A stretch of 64,000 bases of DNA, from positions 23,471-87,470 of the forward strand of contig JAGLOO010000037.1 in the NCBI GenBank assembly GCA_023138875.1, in the 5' to 3' direction. The notes beneath the pieces are model-generated. The model was given only the letters and a program-made list of their open reading frames with translations, made no database searches and was not told the origin of the DNA. This document shows positions 43,201 through 48,950 of the stretch, in pieces. Source of the DNA: Bacteroidales bacterium (GTDB taxonomy: Bacteria > Bacteroidota > Bacteroidia > Bacteroidales > GCA-2748055). Both the position numbers and the translations under genes were made by a program. Position 1 is the first letter of the stretch. Each line of letters opens with the position of its first letter.

Positions 43201-43550
43201 ACCCCAACACGGTTCCTGTGTTCCGGAGGCTGTATGTACAATCCTGGCAGAACTCTGTTTACACAAGGTATTACGATTTACTGAATTATATGGATGAGTA
43301 CGAGGCTGCCCTTAACACTGAATCCAGAAAAACCGGTATTGATAATGAGGATCTGATTGACCCATACCATCGGTTCGTTAAGGATGAAATCAAATATCTG
43401 AATAAAGACCTGAAATATATCGATGATCAACTTGACCTGTTGGATCCGGATAAAAACGAAAAGCTGAAAAAGCAGAGAGAATTATATATCAGGAACTTCA
43501 ATGATATGATAATGCGCTTCCAAGAGAAATATGACATAGATATGAAATAG
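34245..43550 (+). CDS. 3101-aa multi-domain 'polyvalent-like' protein (pyrophosphatase-like module, two HExxH zincin-like modules, terminal hydrophobic segments)
   Basis: Single uninterrupted 9306-nt ORF. YGYFKRSMGKDGDQIDVFLG (family-I PPase-like DGDxxDV). AHEWWHAID at nt 39564-39578. FHEIVGHKGLRELLG at nt 40311-40328. EDFGEKIGGARKDQW at nt 38448-38492. TM-like FIGVGAGFMALGFLTALF followed by DDDDD. Confidence 0.8.
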   Translation: MINDPPKKSGFQEKYGFDAFNSLPTINTNPDPVQTGVLGSEFVGESEEDKQFWRDWNIKNPGEQAKLAWEAGTKELKGGVKNMIADVAPLVMSAASPGTIPEIYQYEDWILGLQESAAKDFETAPEGAGLLYETVRMMPQMVGTMAALTTTPFTGGTSMAALPGILGMANIGMLSSSVYGRSLYDYDQYVAEKGLETNQFTRRGVAAASAAMEFIAEKLRLDFMLPKGMAGRMASQLFKSDPSLADDVMRKWAKNDPKVYQKFMGLGKTTLANMGQEGAEEFLTEVGQSIAQNVYLLGEDRLGAMDIVINAGEAAKGGAMMGGMLGPASYSSNQLYHKMRKNRNGATIIETEDGSVYEYLGVDSKDPNMATVMDNRLNMTSIHKDHIKDHRTMTDQELSEYLNVYKDSQENLPQLEDQMRRNTTKQHLNSVGQSIVNTEDGTPQVKVGKKRNGGYVFIKSQWEEMPGQTKMIVVDPETMELDMMDASQIGEIRTQSYDSWLEVQTDQMVGVQDQQRSAQMEQAVVEEQIKDEAGIPEFKEGEKITYQDREWIVDEVDTDGTLNVYANEEDGTPGETIPISPEMLSEVNRYTPEAPITETGEQQGQQKEKILNDGKNDYPVVDGKIQQPFTTEKAANSLVSKLKNEYPGLNFTVDIMDDGDPFTKNEYTITVEPINITNGEETTPETSQGVAPSQTGEDELKTTEPRYFKDEEDVTKGYIQGRILAAKSDGDLHGLSWENDPELDAMRKEKFPEAVPTYTYNGQEIEQDVARGIIDGATEATDLEQLVVKNDDATGQTYLDKISELQPETEEAPGVEQEEVSAPIDQSQEDAISEAEGLTQEPAAEETTQIESTPVQETEVEATPAKPVTETEQKLAAAEAEVDQNPSEAKIEAGNYKKGHVSIQGLDITIENPKGSTRSGTDQDGKKWSQIINNTYGYFKRSMGKDGDQIDVFLGENIESDKVFVVDQVDTKTGAFDEHKTMVGFDSVEEAREAYLSNYEEGWQGLGAITEMSMVEFKKWVDSGTRKRKPVSEMKTLKTETPVIDKEKAHNRLIELVRAYNKIPKSHTVKRSGAIQTINNLTGQLGYSITRNDKGKLVPLNENSKQIRTISDQVDYISLVEIEDEAFTSFAHDFLVNETILHNLDVPIYGKALFKAAKDAISGRKNAESDLLIRNIQEMYDSDSFNYRAGEETGAFNVTVTEVNDLIAEPKLIKFVEENGALDITNIDKALDAGLVTQDEYETVKKQFEDELNQREQIERESDTELGVTEDGDRVQDTQGQESQEIDNESTQALESEIATLKESLSETRKARESKKKELSKRLHQQQSMFAGEKLARMDQNLFEVKQDGSRENIDKILGEFDNTIAGIENQIEQKEKQLATAKKESAGQLELEPTKKTEKIEDFGEKIGGARKDQWAQSLASLNKLTDDDLISLPLVKAIPVPDYKELVASGKMNKKEVALLHYYRTNMSRKPAETAQNYKKARWLKEANLYKQVYAWMLDKKGFEETHGKAFVDLMDERISFHAAKEIKEFTKMLEALGFPETFDGNLKKFKIMKFDSREDFTIINGRKIIADFKTYDEAIAALKHILEETGNQRSRVTFDAWSLSGKKGVMVGKKVGPRKFITLAGPFETGKEAFNYIKDNQETLEQQLAEEKVIPAERPDVAEERSGKDHRNGKDVTPDMFQEAFGFRGVEFGNWVENAKRQGDLNLAYDALMDLAEITNIPSRAISLGGELGLAFGARGKGGKDRSSAHYEPDKIVINLTKVWGAGSLAHEWWHAIDNYFSRQRDKKHDYLTEKPRSLLVKKDGEWVDDVSVRPEVVGVFYDVAKAIKDSGMVERGTELDRRKTKDYWSQMREMSARSFESYVKDKLDEQGIKNDYLVSFKDMVDYIVQTGAAEDVYPYPTKGEQPTINKSFENLFDVIETVNDEAGNTVLFKVEEQAGSSQEGAFPGTDVRDVAEQLSKQFNTPIEVVITRQELPPHIQRAIKDDTRIPGVYDVQNDKVYLIAREVKSKEEAQQTVFHEIVGHKGLRELLGHEYDQMLTDVYNSMSEGDISTMSRVYGTTDQLEIADEYIARIAEDNSNPSIIDKFVAKVRRLIRKVFKINYTKKDIIDLLSKSREGLKKKARPQFAGEYLDVQFKAEEEGEKKDGPPINILQSKAQKFRENWQDRMLSVRNLQKQVEERGGKITDFSNAYERENASHQIVREAIERFDDKYELPLLKAISEIEKSADMNFKEVNEYMKAKHALERNLVMAKRNPKSNKTNWSGIETVDAAKTVRKYESRLTKDQINDFWKAVNNATLFSLDRAMADGFISKDLHDKLTKGEDAYKFYVPLRGWEPSETDALIDYMETDVGRIMNPYRSAKGRTTMADDPLKYITNMAHTAIIMGEKNRVKQYASALVRNNKGMNDLFSFKKVYYVWDGTYDENGKKNHNETVIKPPQELFDEGKVEIKFNSDYMIRRPVSHAKEHEVDMWQGGEKYVLILPADVANALNKTPSPIEEMTRNAMRSKWTAWAPMFTRWIASEFTSRNPAFIPINQMRDVGYAMMAHAIKGERGDAGKFIMNMGKARSAIIRDLKGKLDHNSEVGKMYQDFVRLGGPTGWIHLRDVEQLEKDIQKKLKRLEGGKPGAKQVRDLYLKAGELLEHWAIRSENLSRFATYITAIQNGKGSKQAVQAAKDITVNFNRKGRNTSLAGALFVFFNAGVQGGHNFLKLGKDNPGKFIGVGAGFMALGFLTALFNHLWAGDDDDDTMNDYQELNDYHKFNSLVIPVPGKDRFVNIPLPFGFRAFNALGVLAYQSLVSKEKDIGEAVKDGLSNIGTALSPVNPIEFINEDGTLTARPIIPTIGVPIFDIATNEDFAGNTITRTPFTTAQEGYLADSGLGKKHVNKQLKWLTDELFKLGGGHVAEDDDKRNKYYIDDDGKSKHVSEIFDWNPSKIEHMFEYLFAGRGRFWNNTLKTSTGILEGARDVIEGDKGIEKILSNVNPNTVPVFRRLYVQSWQNSVYTRYYDLLNYMDEYEAALNTESRKTGIDNEDLIDPYHRFVKDEIKYLNKDLKYIDDQLDLLDPDKNEKLKKQRELYIRNFNDMIMRFQEKYDIDMK

Positions 43551-43596
43551 CCTGCAGGAATAAATTCTCACTCGGTCCTGAGATGAAACAGAAAAA

Positions 43597-43620
43597 CCGC
43601 CTCCCGGTGAAGAGAGGCGG
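43597..43620. terminator. hairpin between the convergent giant ORF and 43723-43986 gene
   Basis: CCGCCTC-ccggtgaaga-GAGGCGG is a 7-bp GC-rich stem, with an A-run before it and TATTT after. Confidence 0.5.
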
Positions 43621-43722
43621 CCTATTTGATTGCTTTACGATTTTTAATTACTCCGGCATTCACCGGATAGGAAGATGGTGGACAATCTAAGAAGATAGTG
43701 AAATATGGCCACTATGTCCAGA

Positions 43723-43986
43723 TCAATGGTCCTGCAAGGATTCACTCAACTTCATTTCAGCCTCTAATTTTGCTCTTTCTACCTCTGCCTCGATAGCCGT
43801 TAGGAGGTCCATCATCGCATTGAAGTGCGTGATCATAGTGCCCCTGACCTCCCGATCACTGGCAGATTCAGAGCATAACCATTGCTCATAAAACTCGGCA
43901 AGGGATTTCTTGATGTTTGAAACTTCATCGGTATTGGTAAGGTTGCTGATAGCATCCTCCAGTTGTTCATTGTTTTGTGTTTTCAT
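43723..43986 (-). CDS. small helical hypothetical protein divergent from the XRE gene
   Basis: Start set at MKTQNNEQLEDAIS (43986), 49 nt downstream of a TACATTTG -7 box. No motif recognised. Confidence 0.45.
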   Translation of the reverse strand: MKTQNNEQLEDAISNLTNTDEVSNIKKSLAEFYEQWLCSESASDREVRGTMITHFNAMMDLLTAIEAEVERAKLEAEMKLSESLQDH

Positions 43987-44034
43987 AATGTTTAGTGTTT
44001 TAGAAATACAACAGTTTGTTAGATTATTACAGGA

Positions 44035-44042
44035 CAAATGTA
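44035..44042 (-). promoter_or_regulatory. candidate -7 box (TACATTTG) for the 43986-43723 gene
   Basis: Reverse complement of 44035-44042 matches TAnnTTTG. Confidence 0.35.
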
Positions 44043-44104
44043 ACTATATCAAATAACTAATACAACATTTACTATAATTATTTTACTAATATCACACAAA
44101 ATGT

Positions 44105-44112
44105 TATATTTG
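44105..44112 (+). promoter_or_regulatory. candidate -7 box (TATATTTG) for the XRE gene
   Basis: Matches TAnnTTTG 16 nt upstream of the ATG at 44128. Forms an inverted repeat with the divergent -7 box. Confidence 0.35.
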
Positions 44113-44127
44113 TAGAAAGACTTACTC

Positions 44128-44415
44128 ATGAATTACCTGCGTATAAAGGATCTACTGAAAGAGAAGGGATTAACCGCCAAGGACCTAGCCCTGGATCTCA
44201 ATATCACTGAGAATGGGATCAGCATGATTGTGAACGGTAAAAGACAGCCCCGCTTCGAATTGCTTCAGCAAATCGCAGACCGGTTAGATCTTGAGATTTG
44301 GCAGCTGTTCAAAGGGTCAGACAAGGCCGTGAAGGGGTGTATCGAGTACCAAGGGATTCTTTACCACATACAGACGAAGCAGGGGCTGGAGAGGCTTCTG
44401 AAGTTAATTGAGTGA
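44128..44415 (+). CDS. XRE-family helix-turn-helix transcriptional regulator
   Basis: LRIKDLLKEKGLTAKDLALDLNITENGISMIVNGKRQPRFELLQQIADRL is a canonical HTH_3 pattern. Confidence 0.8.
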   Translation: MNYLRIKDLLKEKGLTAKDLALDLNITENGISMIVNGKRQPRFELLQQIADRLDLEIWQLFKGSDKAVKGCIEYQGILYHIQTKQGLERLLKLIE

Positions 44416-44687
44416 TGGCCAGAAAGGATACCCTCTCGAAAGAATAAGTCCAGGCCCTTCTCCAAAACATATACGTCCCTCGCCTATCCCGCATTGCTGA
44501 GAATTGCTTAACTTGTGTTTGGCCGTGGAAGTGACATAAACTCCAACGTGGTAATTAAAACCTCTTAATCCGTTGCTATACAAGTATTACGTGACTGTAG
44601 AAGATAAAACCTGCTTTAAAGCGGGGTAACAAATCCGCACCCTTTCTGATTAAACCCTCAGAACAATAACCTGAAATCTCAATAATT

Positions 44688-45257
44688 GTGAAAGGAGTAA
44701 TCATTGTTGCCGCAGTAATAATTGTTCTGGTGATCATTCTGTCGATTAATCCCAAATCAAAGACAAGTAATTCAAATTCTACAGGAACTCGACCTGATAG
44801 ACAGGAGAGGATGAGGCGAGAAGCTCTTATACCGGTATTTCAGAGGCATAAGCAAATCTTAAACGAAAGCATAGGAATCATTGAATCATCTAAAAAGATC
44901 GATACTATAATAGGAAGGAAGCAGGTTGTCCTTGAGAAGCTAGATTGGTTTGACAAGAACTCTATTCCGGGTACTGAATTTGTTTTAATCCCCACCCCAA
45001 AAGATAGTCGACCAAAATTTATGAGCATCTATAATGCTAGGCTTGTTGATGTTGCTGAACATCTGGTGGTGGAAGCAGAGAGTAAAACGAAATCCTTAAA
45101 GACTAAATCTGGAAAGCAGAATCATATCAATAAAACTATCGATGCCATTCAGAAAATCACATCAGAGTTATATGCCGAAACGGAGAATTTCGAGGAGGCG
45201 GTTACTGAAATTCAAAAAGCATATAATAAATTGGAAAACCTAGATCTATCAGTATAA
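44688..45257 (+). CDS. N-terminally membrane-anchored helical protein
   Basis: GTG start. VIIVAAVIIVLVIILSI is a TM helix followed by ~150 aa of helical sequence. No motif recognised. Confidence 0.45.
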   Translation: MKGVIIVAAVIIVLVIILSINPKSKTSNSNSTGTRPDRQERMRREALIPVFQRHKQILNESIGIIESSKKIDTIIGRKQVVLEKLDWFDKNSIPGTEFVLIPTPKDSRPKFMSIYNARLVDVAEHLVVEAESKTKSLKTKSGKQNHINKTIDAIQKITSELYAETENFEEAVTEIQKAYNKLENLDLSV

Positions 45258-45394
45258 CATCAAACTGAATCATGAAACACCTCCGATCAATCACAATCGC
45301 TCTCCTGGCTATTGAATCAGGGGCCTGTTCACATCATTATGGGGTGAGCTATTGGCTGTGTGTGGATTGATTGGCAAATCATCTATAATCGAAT

Positions 45395-45901
45395 ATGGTA
45401 GAACTAACTGATGACTATCCAAATGGCTTAAGTGATGAAAATTTGTTGGCCAAAATTCAGGAATTTTCAAGTCTGGGATCGGGCTTTGGCAAAAGATCCC
45501 CAACATTTCAAGAAAGAGGGTATTATCTTCAGATGGCTCAGGTTGGTCAAAGTGAATATACGAGTCGGATCCAGGTAAGATTCGCAGATGAGACAAAATC
45601 CTTGAAAGCTGAGATATCTGAATTAAGAAAAAGCAATCAGAAATTCAGCAGGAAGGCAACTAGATTAAGCAGAGTTACTATTGGCTTCGCGATTGGCATG
45701 ATACTCTTAGCTGGGACAACTGTTTGGTATTCACAAAGGGATATGGAATCAGATCAGATCTGGAGAGATGATCAAATGACAGAATTGAAGAAAAATAATG
45801 AGTTTCTCCAGGAGCAGATCCGGATCAATGAGGAGTTGAATGGGAATATTCTCAGGTTGCTTGAACTGCAAGACCGAAGTGGTGAAATTGAATCAGAATA
45901 A
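45395..45901 (+). CDS. single-pass membrane protein with a coiled-coil tail
   Basis: 168 aa. Central TM (VTIGFAIGMILLAGTTVWY) followed by a heptad-like ELKKNNEFLQEQIRINEELNGNILRLLEL. Stop lies 6 nt before the TIR gene start. Confidence 0.5.
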   Translation: MVELTDDYPNGLSDENLLAKIQEFSSLGSGFGKRSPTFQERGYYLQMAQVGQSEYTSRIQVRFADETKSLKAEISELRKSNQKFSRKATRLSRVTIGFAIGMILLAGTTVWYSQRDMESDQIWRDDQMTELKKNNEFLQEQIRINEELNGNILRLLELQDRSGEIESE

Positions 45902-45907
45902 TGTTTT

Positions 45908-46861
45908 ATGGATAAGCAGAAGAACATATTCATCAGCTACTCAAGCAATGATCAGGACAAAGTTGGTATTTTAAAAGAATTGATAAAGATAAAAAATGGG
46001 CTAAATCCCATTGTCATTGCTGATAAACGAGAAGCCCAAAAGCCTCTAACTGACAAAGTAATTGATGGGATAGAAAAATCTGAAATAGTCGTTCCCATTA
46101 TAACGAGTAGATCAATTCATACACAATGGATGAACCAGGAGATCGGTTATTCCCTAGCGTTAAGTAGAAAGGTTACAGCTATTGTGGAAAGAGAACTACT
46201 CGATGATTTAAAAGGATTCATCCATAAACAGGTTGATCTTCCATATAATTTTTCAAGGAGTAATAATAGTGATGAAGAAAACAAAGGATTTGAATCTGCA
46301 TGCATACTTCTGGTCAACGATATCCTATTTAGCAAAGAAAAATCAATGACGTTGCCAAATCTTGCTGACAAGCATATGAATAAAATTAAGGAGAAGGTTG
46401 AAAGAGAAAAACTGGAAAGTGAAAAGGAGAGAATGCTCAATAGCCAAGAAATAGTGACTATTGCAAATCAAGCCGTGGATAATGAGCTTCTTCCTTATGT
46501 GCATGAGCAAAAGGATAAATGGAATCAGATAATTGGGAAGAATGTGCCCTATGAAACTAGTCCTAATGATCCAAATGGCATAATACTTAATCTAAGAGGA
46601 TTTGCTCTAAGTTTTGTTTGGAGGCAACCACATAGAAATTCAATTGAATCGGCCAAATTAACAGTAAGCCTTTGGGACGGTAGAATGTCTTTCATTCAGT
46701 TTAGATACCCGATTGAAGATCGTCCTGATATTATAAACGAAATGAAGTGTCAACCTTATTTAGACGATGAACTTCGTTTTAAGTGGAACAACTCAACGGA
46801 ATTGATGGATTCAAAACAAGTCGTTGATGTTGTATTCGAGTGGTTAGCTGAAGTATTCTAA
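45908..46861 (+). CDS. TIR-domain protein with an unknown ~170-aa C-terminal domain
   Basis: NIFISYSSNDQDKVGILKELI...KSEIVVPIITSRSIHTQWMNQEIGYSLAL matches the bacterial TIR (TIR_2/DUF1863-like) pattern, including the S..W...E putative catalytic Glu. Confidence 0.75.
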   Translation: MDKQKNIFISYSSNDQDKVGILKELIKIKNGLNPIVIADKREAQKPLTDKVIDGIEKSEIVVPIITSRSIHTQWMNQEIGYSLALSRKVTAIVERELLDDLKGFIHKQVDLPYNFSRSNNSDEENKGFESACILLVNDILFSKEKSMTLPNLADKHMNKIKEKVEREKLESEKERMLNSQEIVTIANQAVDNELLPYVHEQKDKWNQIIGKNVPYETSPNDPNGIILNLRGFALSFVWRQPHRNSIESAKLTVSLWDGRMSFIQFRYPIEDRPDIINEMKCQPYLDDELRFKWNNSTELMDSKQVVDVVFEWLAEVF

Positions 46862-46878
46862 TTTATATCTTTCGTGCA

Positions 46879-47124
46879 ATGTACGCCCTCACCTTCAAAC
46901 GATCCCGGTCAAAGCACATCTTGAAAGAACTCAACCATGTTGTGTCAATGGGCGAATCCTGGGATGCGACAACGGAAAAACTCATGATTACAGAGAAGGC
47001 CCTGTCCGTCTGTCGGTGGACCGTGGAGAAGCTGCAGAAAAAGATTTCTGTGCTCAGGCAGGAAATTATTGTGATTATTCCTGAGTGGAGGGAGTGGAAA
47101 AAGAATAGACAATACCAAATATAA
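46879..47124 (+). CDS. doubtful small ORF in a GC-richer spacer
   Basis: 81-aa ORF. Similar-length ORFs also exist on the opposite strand here, so coding status is uncertain. Confidence 0.25.
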   Translation: MYALTFKRSRSKHILKELNHVVSMGESWDATTEKLMITEKALSVCRWTVEKLQKKISVLRQEIIVIIPEWREWKKNRQYQI

Positions 47125-47164
47125 GAGCACAATTGTATTGCATGTAAGTTAAAATGACCAACTT

Positions 47165-47827
47165 ATGGAAGGAATGAAAATAAATTTAATAATTGCTATT
47201 ATAGGAGCGATTGTTACCTCTACCATCTCTGGTGTAAGCACTTACGTATCTCAAGATAACAAGTTTGGGGAACAAATTGAAAATTTATCCAAAGAAAGCA
47301 ACTCTAAAGGCCATCAAATTGAGATACTTACGGATGAAAATTCGACTTTGAAAAACGAAATCAATTCAAAAACGGAAAGTCATAATGCATTAATGGCAGA
47401 ACACAATGATTTAAAAGTAAAATACGCTAGATGCATCTCATCAGAAGGATCAATTACTGCAGTTGGGACAATTGATACGCGGGTTTATCAGGGACAATTA
47501 AAGACTGGAGATGAACTTGAATTTAAATTAACATCTAGTTCATTATTTATAAAAATAATCCGAGTTTCTGATAGTGGACCGATAATTTCTATTGCTGGTT
47601 GTGAAAACTATGTTACCGTTAACGAAGTAAGAATGCCAATGAATAATGAAAATCACTATCTCATTAAACCTCAATCTCCTTTAAGAGTTAGATTTACTGT
47701 AGGTTCCTGTGAAGACAATGAGAATATTGAGCCATCTCAAGTTGAAGAAATAATACTATTACTCAGGCAATTTAATGTAGATGAGCAAACCATTCAATTA
47801 GAGTATAATAGAAAATTTTTATTCTGA
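47165..47827 (+). CDS. membrane-anchored coiled-coil protein with a C-terminal beta-rich domain
   Basis: N-terminal TM (INLIIAIIGAIVTSTISGV), then the coiled segment ILTDENSTLKNEINSKTESHNALMAEHNDLKVK. Confidence 0.5.
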   Translation: MEGMKINLIIAIIGAIVTSTISGVSTYVSQDNKFGEQIENLSKESNSKGHQIEILTDENSTLKNEINSKTESHNALMAEHNDLKVKYARCISSEGSITAVGTIDTRVYQGQLKTGDELEFKLTSSSLFIKIIRVSDSGPIISIAGCENYVTVNEVRMPMNNENHYLIKPQSPLRVRFTVGSCEDNENIEPSQVEEIILLLRQFNVDEQTIQLEYNRKFLF

Positions 47828-47831
47828 ATTC

Positions 47832-48209
47832 ATGAAAAAAGCTACGTTAATATTTATCATTTTAGGTATTGTGGCGGCTAGTTGTGTCGCTCCAAAAAAA
47901 TTTCAAGCAACAACTGTAAACCTAAATAATGAGATTGATGTTTTAAGAAGTGAGACCAGAGTTCTTCGAAATGATAATTCCTCATTAAAAACGGAAATAA
48001 ATAGTATAAAGAATCAGATCTACAGACTTAACGCAGAAATTAAAAGCCTAGAGAATCAACTTCAATCCGATAAAAAAAAGCACAATGAGGATATTCAACA
48101 ACTAAATCAGCAGATTGAAAATTTTGAAACAAGAGATAGGAATTTAAGAAATTTGATTACAACCCTCCGGATTGAAGTTGCCTCATTAATGGCAGAAGTG
48201 AATAACTAA
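47832..48209 (+). CDS. coiled-coil lipoprotein
   Basis: MKKATLIFIILGIVAASC is a lipoprotein signal with lipobox. The rest is heptad-like (LRNDNSSLKTEINSIKNQIYRLNAEIKSLENQL). Start is 4 nt after the previous stop. Confidence 0.55.
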   Translation: MKKATLIFIILGIVAASCVAPKKFQATTVNLNNEIDVLRSETRVLRNDNSSLKTEINSIKNQIYRLNAEIKSLENQLQSDKKKHNEDIQQLNQQIENFETRDRNLRNLITTLRIEVASLMAEVNN

Positions 48210-48287
48210 TTATCGGCAACCAGGATCGCGCCAGGGTGGAGTCGGGGGAGAGTGTTTGGAAGGCGCAATAAAAAACACCATACTGAT

Positions 48288-48389
48288 ATGAAAGACATCG
48301 ATTACAAAGAGGAGGTACGGAAACTCATTGAGAGATTCCGGGAGATTGACCGGGAGCGGGACCAAGCTATAGGATCCAATCAGGAATAA
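48288..48389 (+). CDS. 33-aa small ORF (MKDIDYKEEVRKLIERFREIDRERDQAIGSNQE), copy 1 of a repeated mini-gene
   Basis: Below the ORF-track cutoff. Homologous to 50166-50273 at protein level and in the 10 nt upstream of the ATG (ACCATACTGA). Confidence 0.3.
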   Translation: MKDIDYKEEVRKLIERFREIDRERDQAIGSNQE

Positions 48390-48403
48390 ATTCAGAAAAC
48401 GAA

Positions 48404-48934
48404 ATGAACACTGAAAGAGCCTCATTGCACTATTATACATGGATTGAACATGCTGAAACTATTTTCATTGCAGCGTCAGAGAATTTAAAGCTATACCGTT
48501 CAGTAGTACAAGGTAGAGAGGTTGATGCTCGTGAGAGACAACTAGCGTTTTTTAGAGCAGCAGGATTACTGTTTGGAATATCAATTGAGCTCATCATAAA
48601 GGCTCGGATATTATATGAGAAACGGGAAGCTATCGAATCCGAAGAGATAAAATCACATGAAAATATTTCAAGGGAATGGCATCATAACGGACATAATGTT
48701 CTATGGCTTATCAAACACTACAGCATTGAACTTAATACGGATGAAAAACACCTGGTGGAAATACTTCAACCCTTTATGATTTGGGCTGGAAGATTTCCAT
48801 TTCCAAGAAAAGAGCATGACATACTCGATTACGAACAGGGAGAGAAGCAGCTTTCATACCCAAACAGCATTGACAAATATGTATTAAAGTTTATTGAAAG
48901 ACAAAAGTTAATTATGAGCAATAAGCACACATAA
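48404..48934 (+). CDS. helical protein, possibly HEPN-like
   Basis: 176 aa. LLFGISIELIIKARIL ... REWHHNGHNVLWLIKH resembles the HEPN helix pair (E.aLKA ... H.L..L) and contains an Rx6H spacing. By-eye call only. Confidence 0.35.
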   Translation: MNTERASLHYYTWIEHAETIFIAASENLKLYRSVVQGREVDARERQLAFFRAAGLLFGISIELIIKARILYEKREAIESEEIKSHENISREWHHNGHNVLWLIKHYSIELNTDEKHLVEILQPFMIWAGRFPFPRKEHDILDYEQGEKQLSYPNSIDKYVLKFIERQKLIMSNKHT

Positions 48935-48950
48935 ATCCCATAAATTTGGG

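Noticed and set aside
34277-43210. The ~30 antisense or out-of-frame ORFs of 60-163 aa listed inside the giant ORF. The same situation applies inside 2316-3758, 3941-8718, 11229-13676, 14569-16008 and 52676-57094.
   Set aside because: They are fully nested in long, motif-supported genes on the other strand or frame and have skewed, low-complexity composition. These are shadow ORFs.
44034-44113. 11-nt inverted repeat ACAAATGTAAC / GTTATATTTGT read as a repressor operator
   Set aside because: Each arm contains a TAnnTTTG -7 box facing its own gene, so two divergent promoters explain the symmetry by themselves. Operator function is possible but not required.
44688-46861. Calling the TIR gene a Thoeris (ThsB) system
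   Set aside because: No ThsA-like SIR2/SLOG or TM-Macro effector is present in the neighbourhood. The flanking small proteins are helical membrane proteins without Macro-like motifs.
46863-47132. Minus-strand 89-aa and 61-aa ORFs overlapping 46879-47124
   Set aside because: Open frames of similar length on both strands in a 270-nt spacer argue that none can be trusted. I kept only a low-confidence plus-strand call because of its weak similarity to the 50037 mini-ORF.
48210-48440. Minus-strand 76-aa ORF across the 48.2-48.4 kb spacer
   Set aside because: It overlaps the start of the downstream plus-strand gene and the repeated plus-strand mini-ORF. All surrounding genes are on the plus strand.
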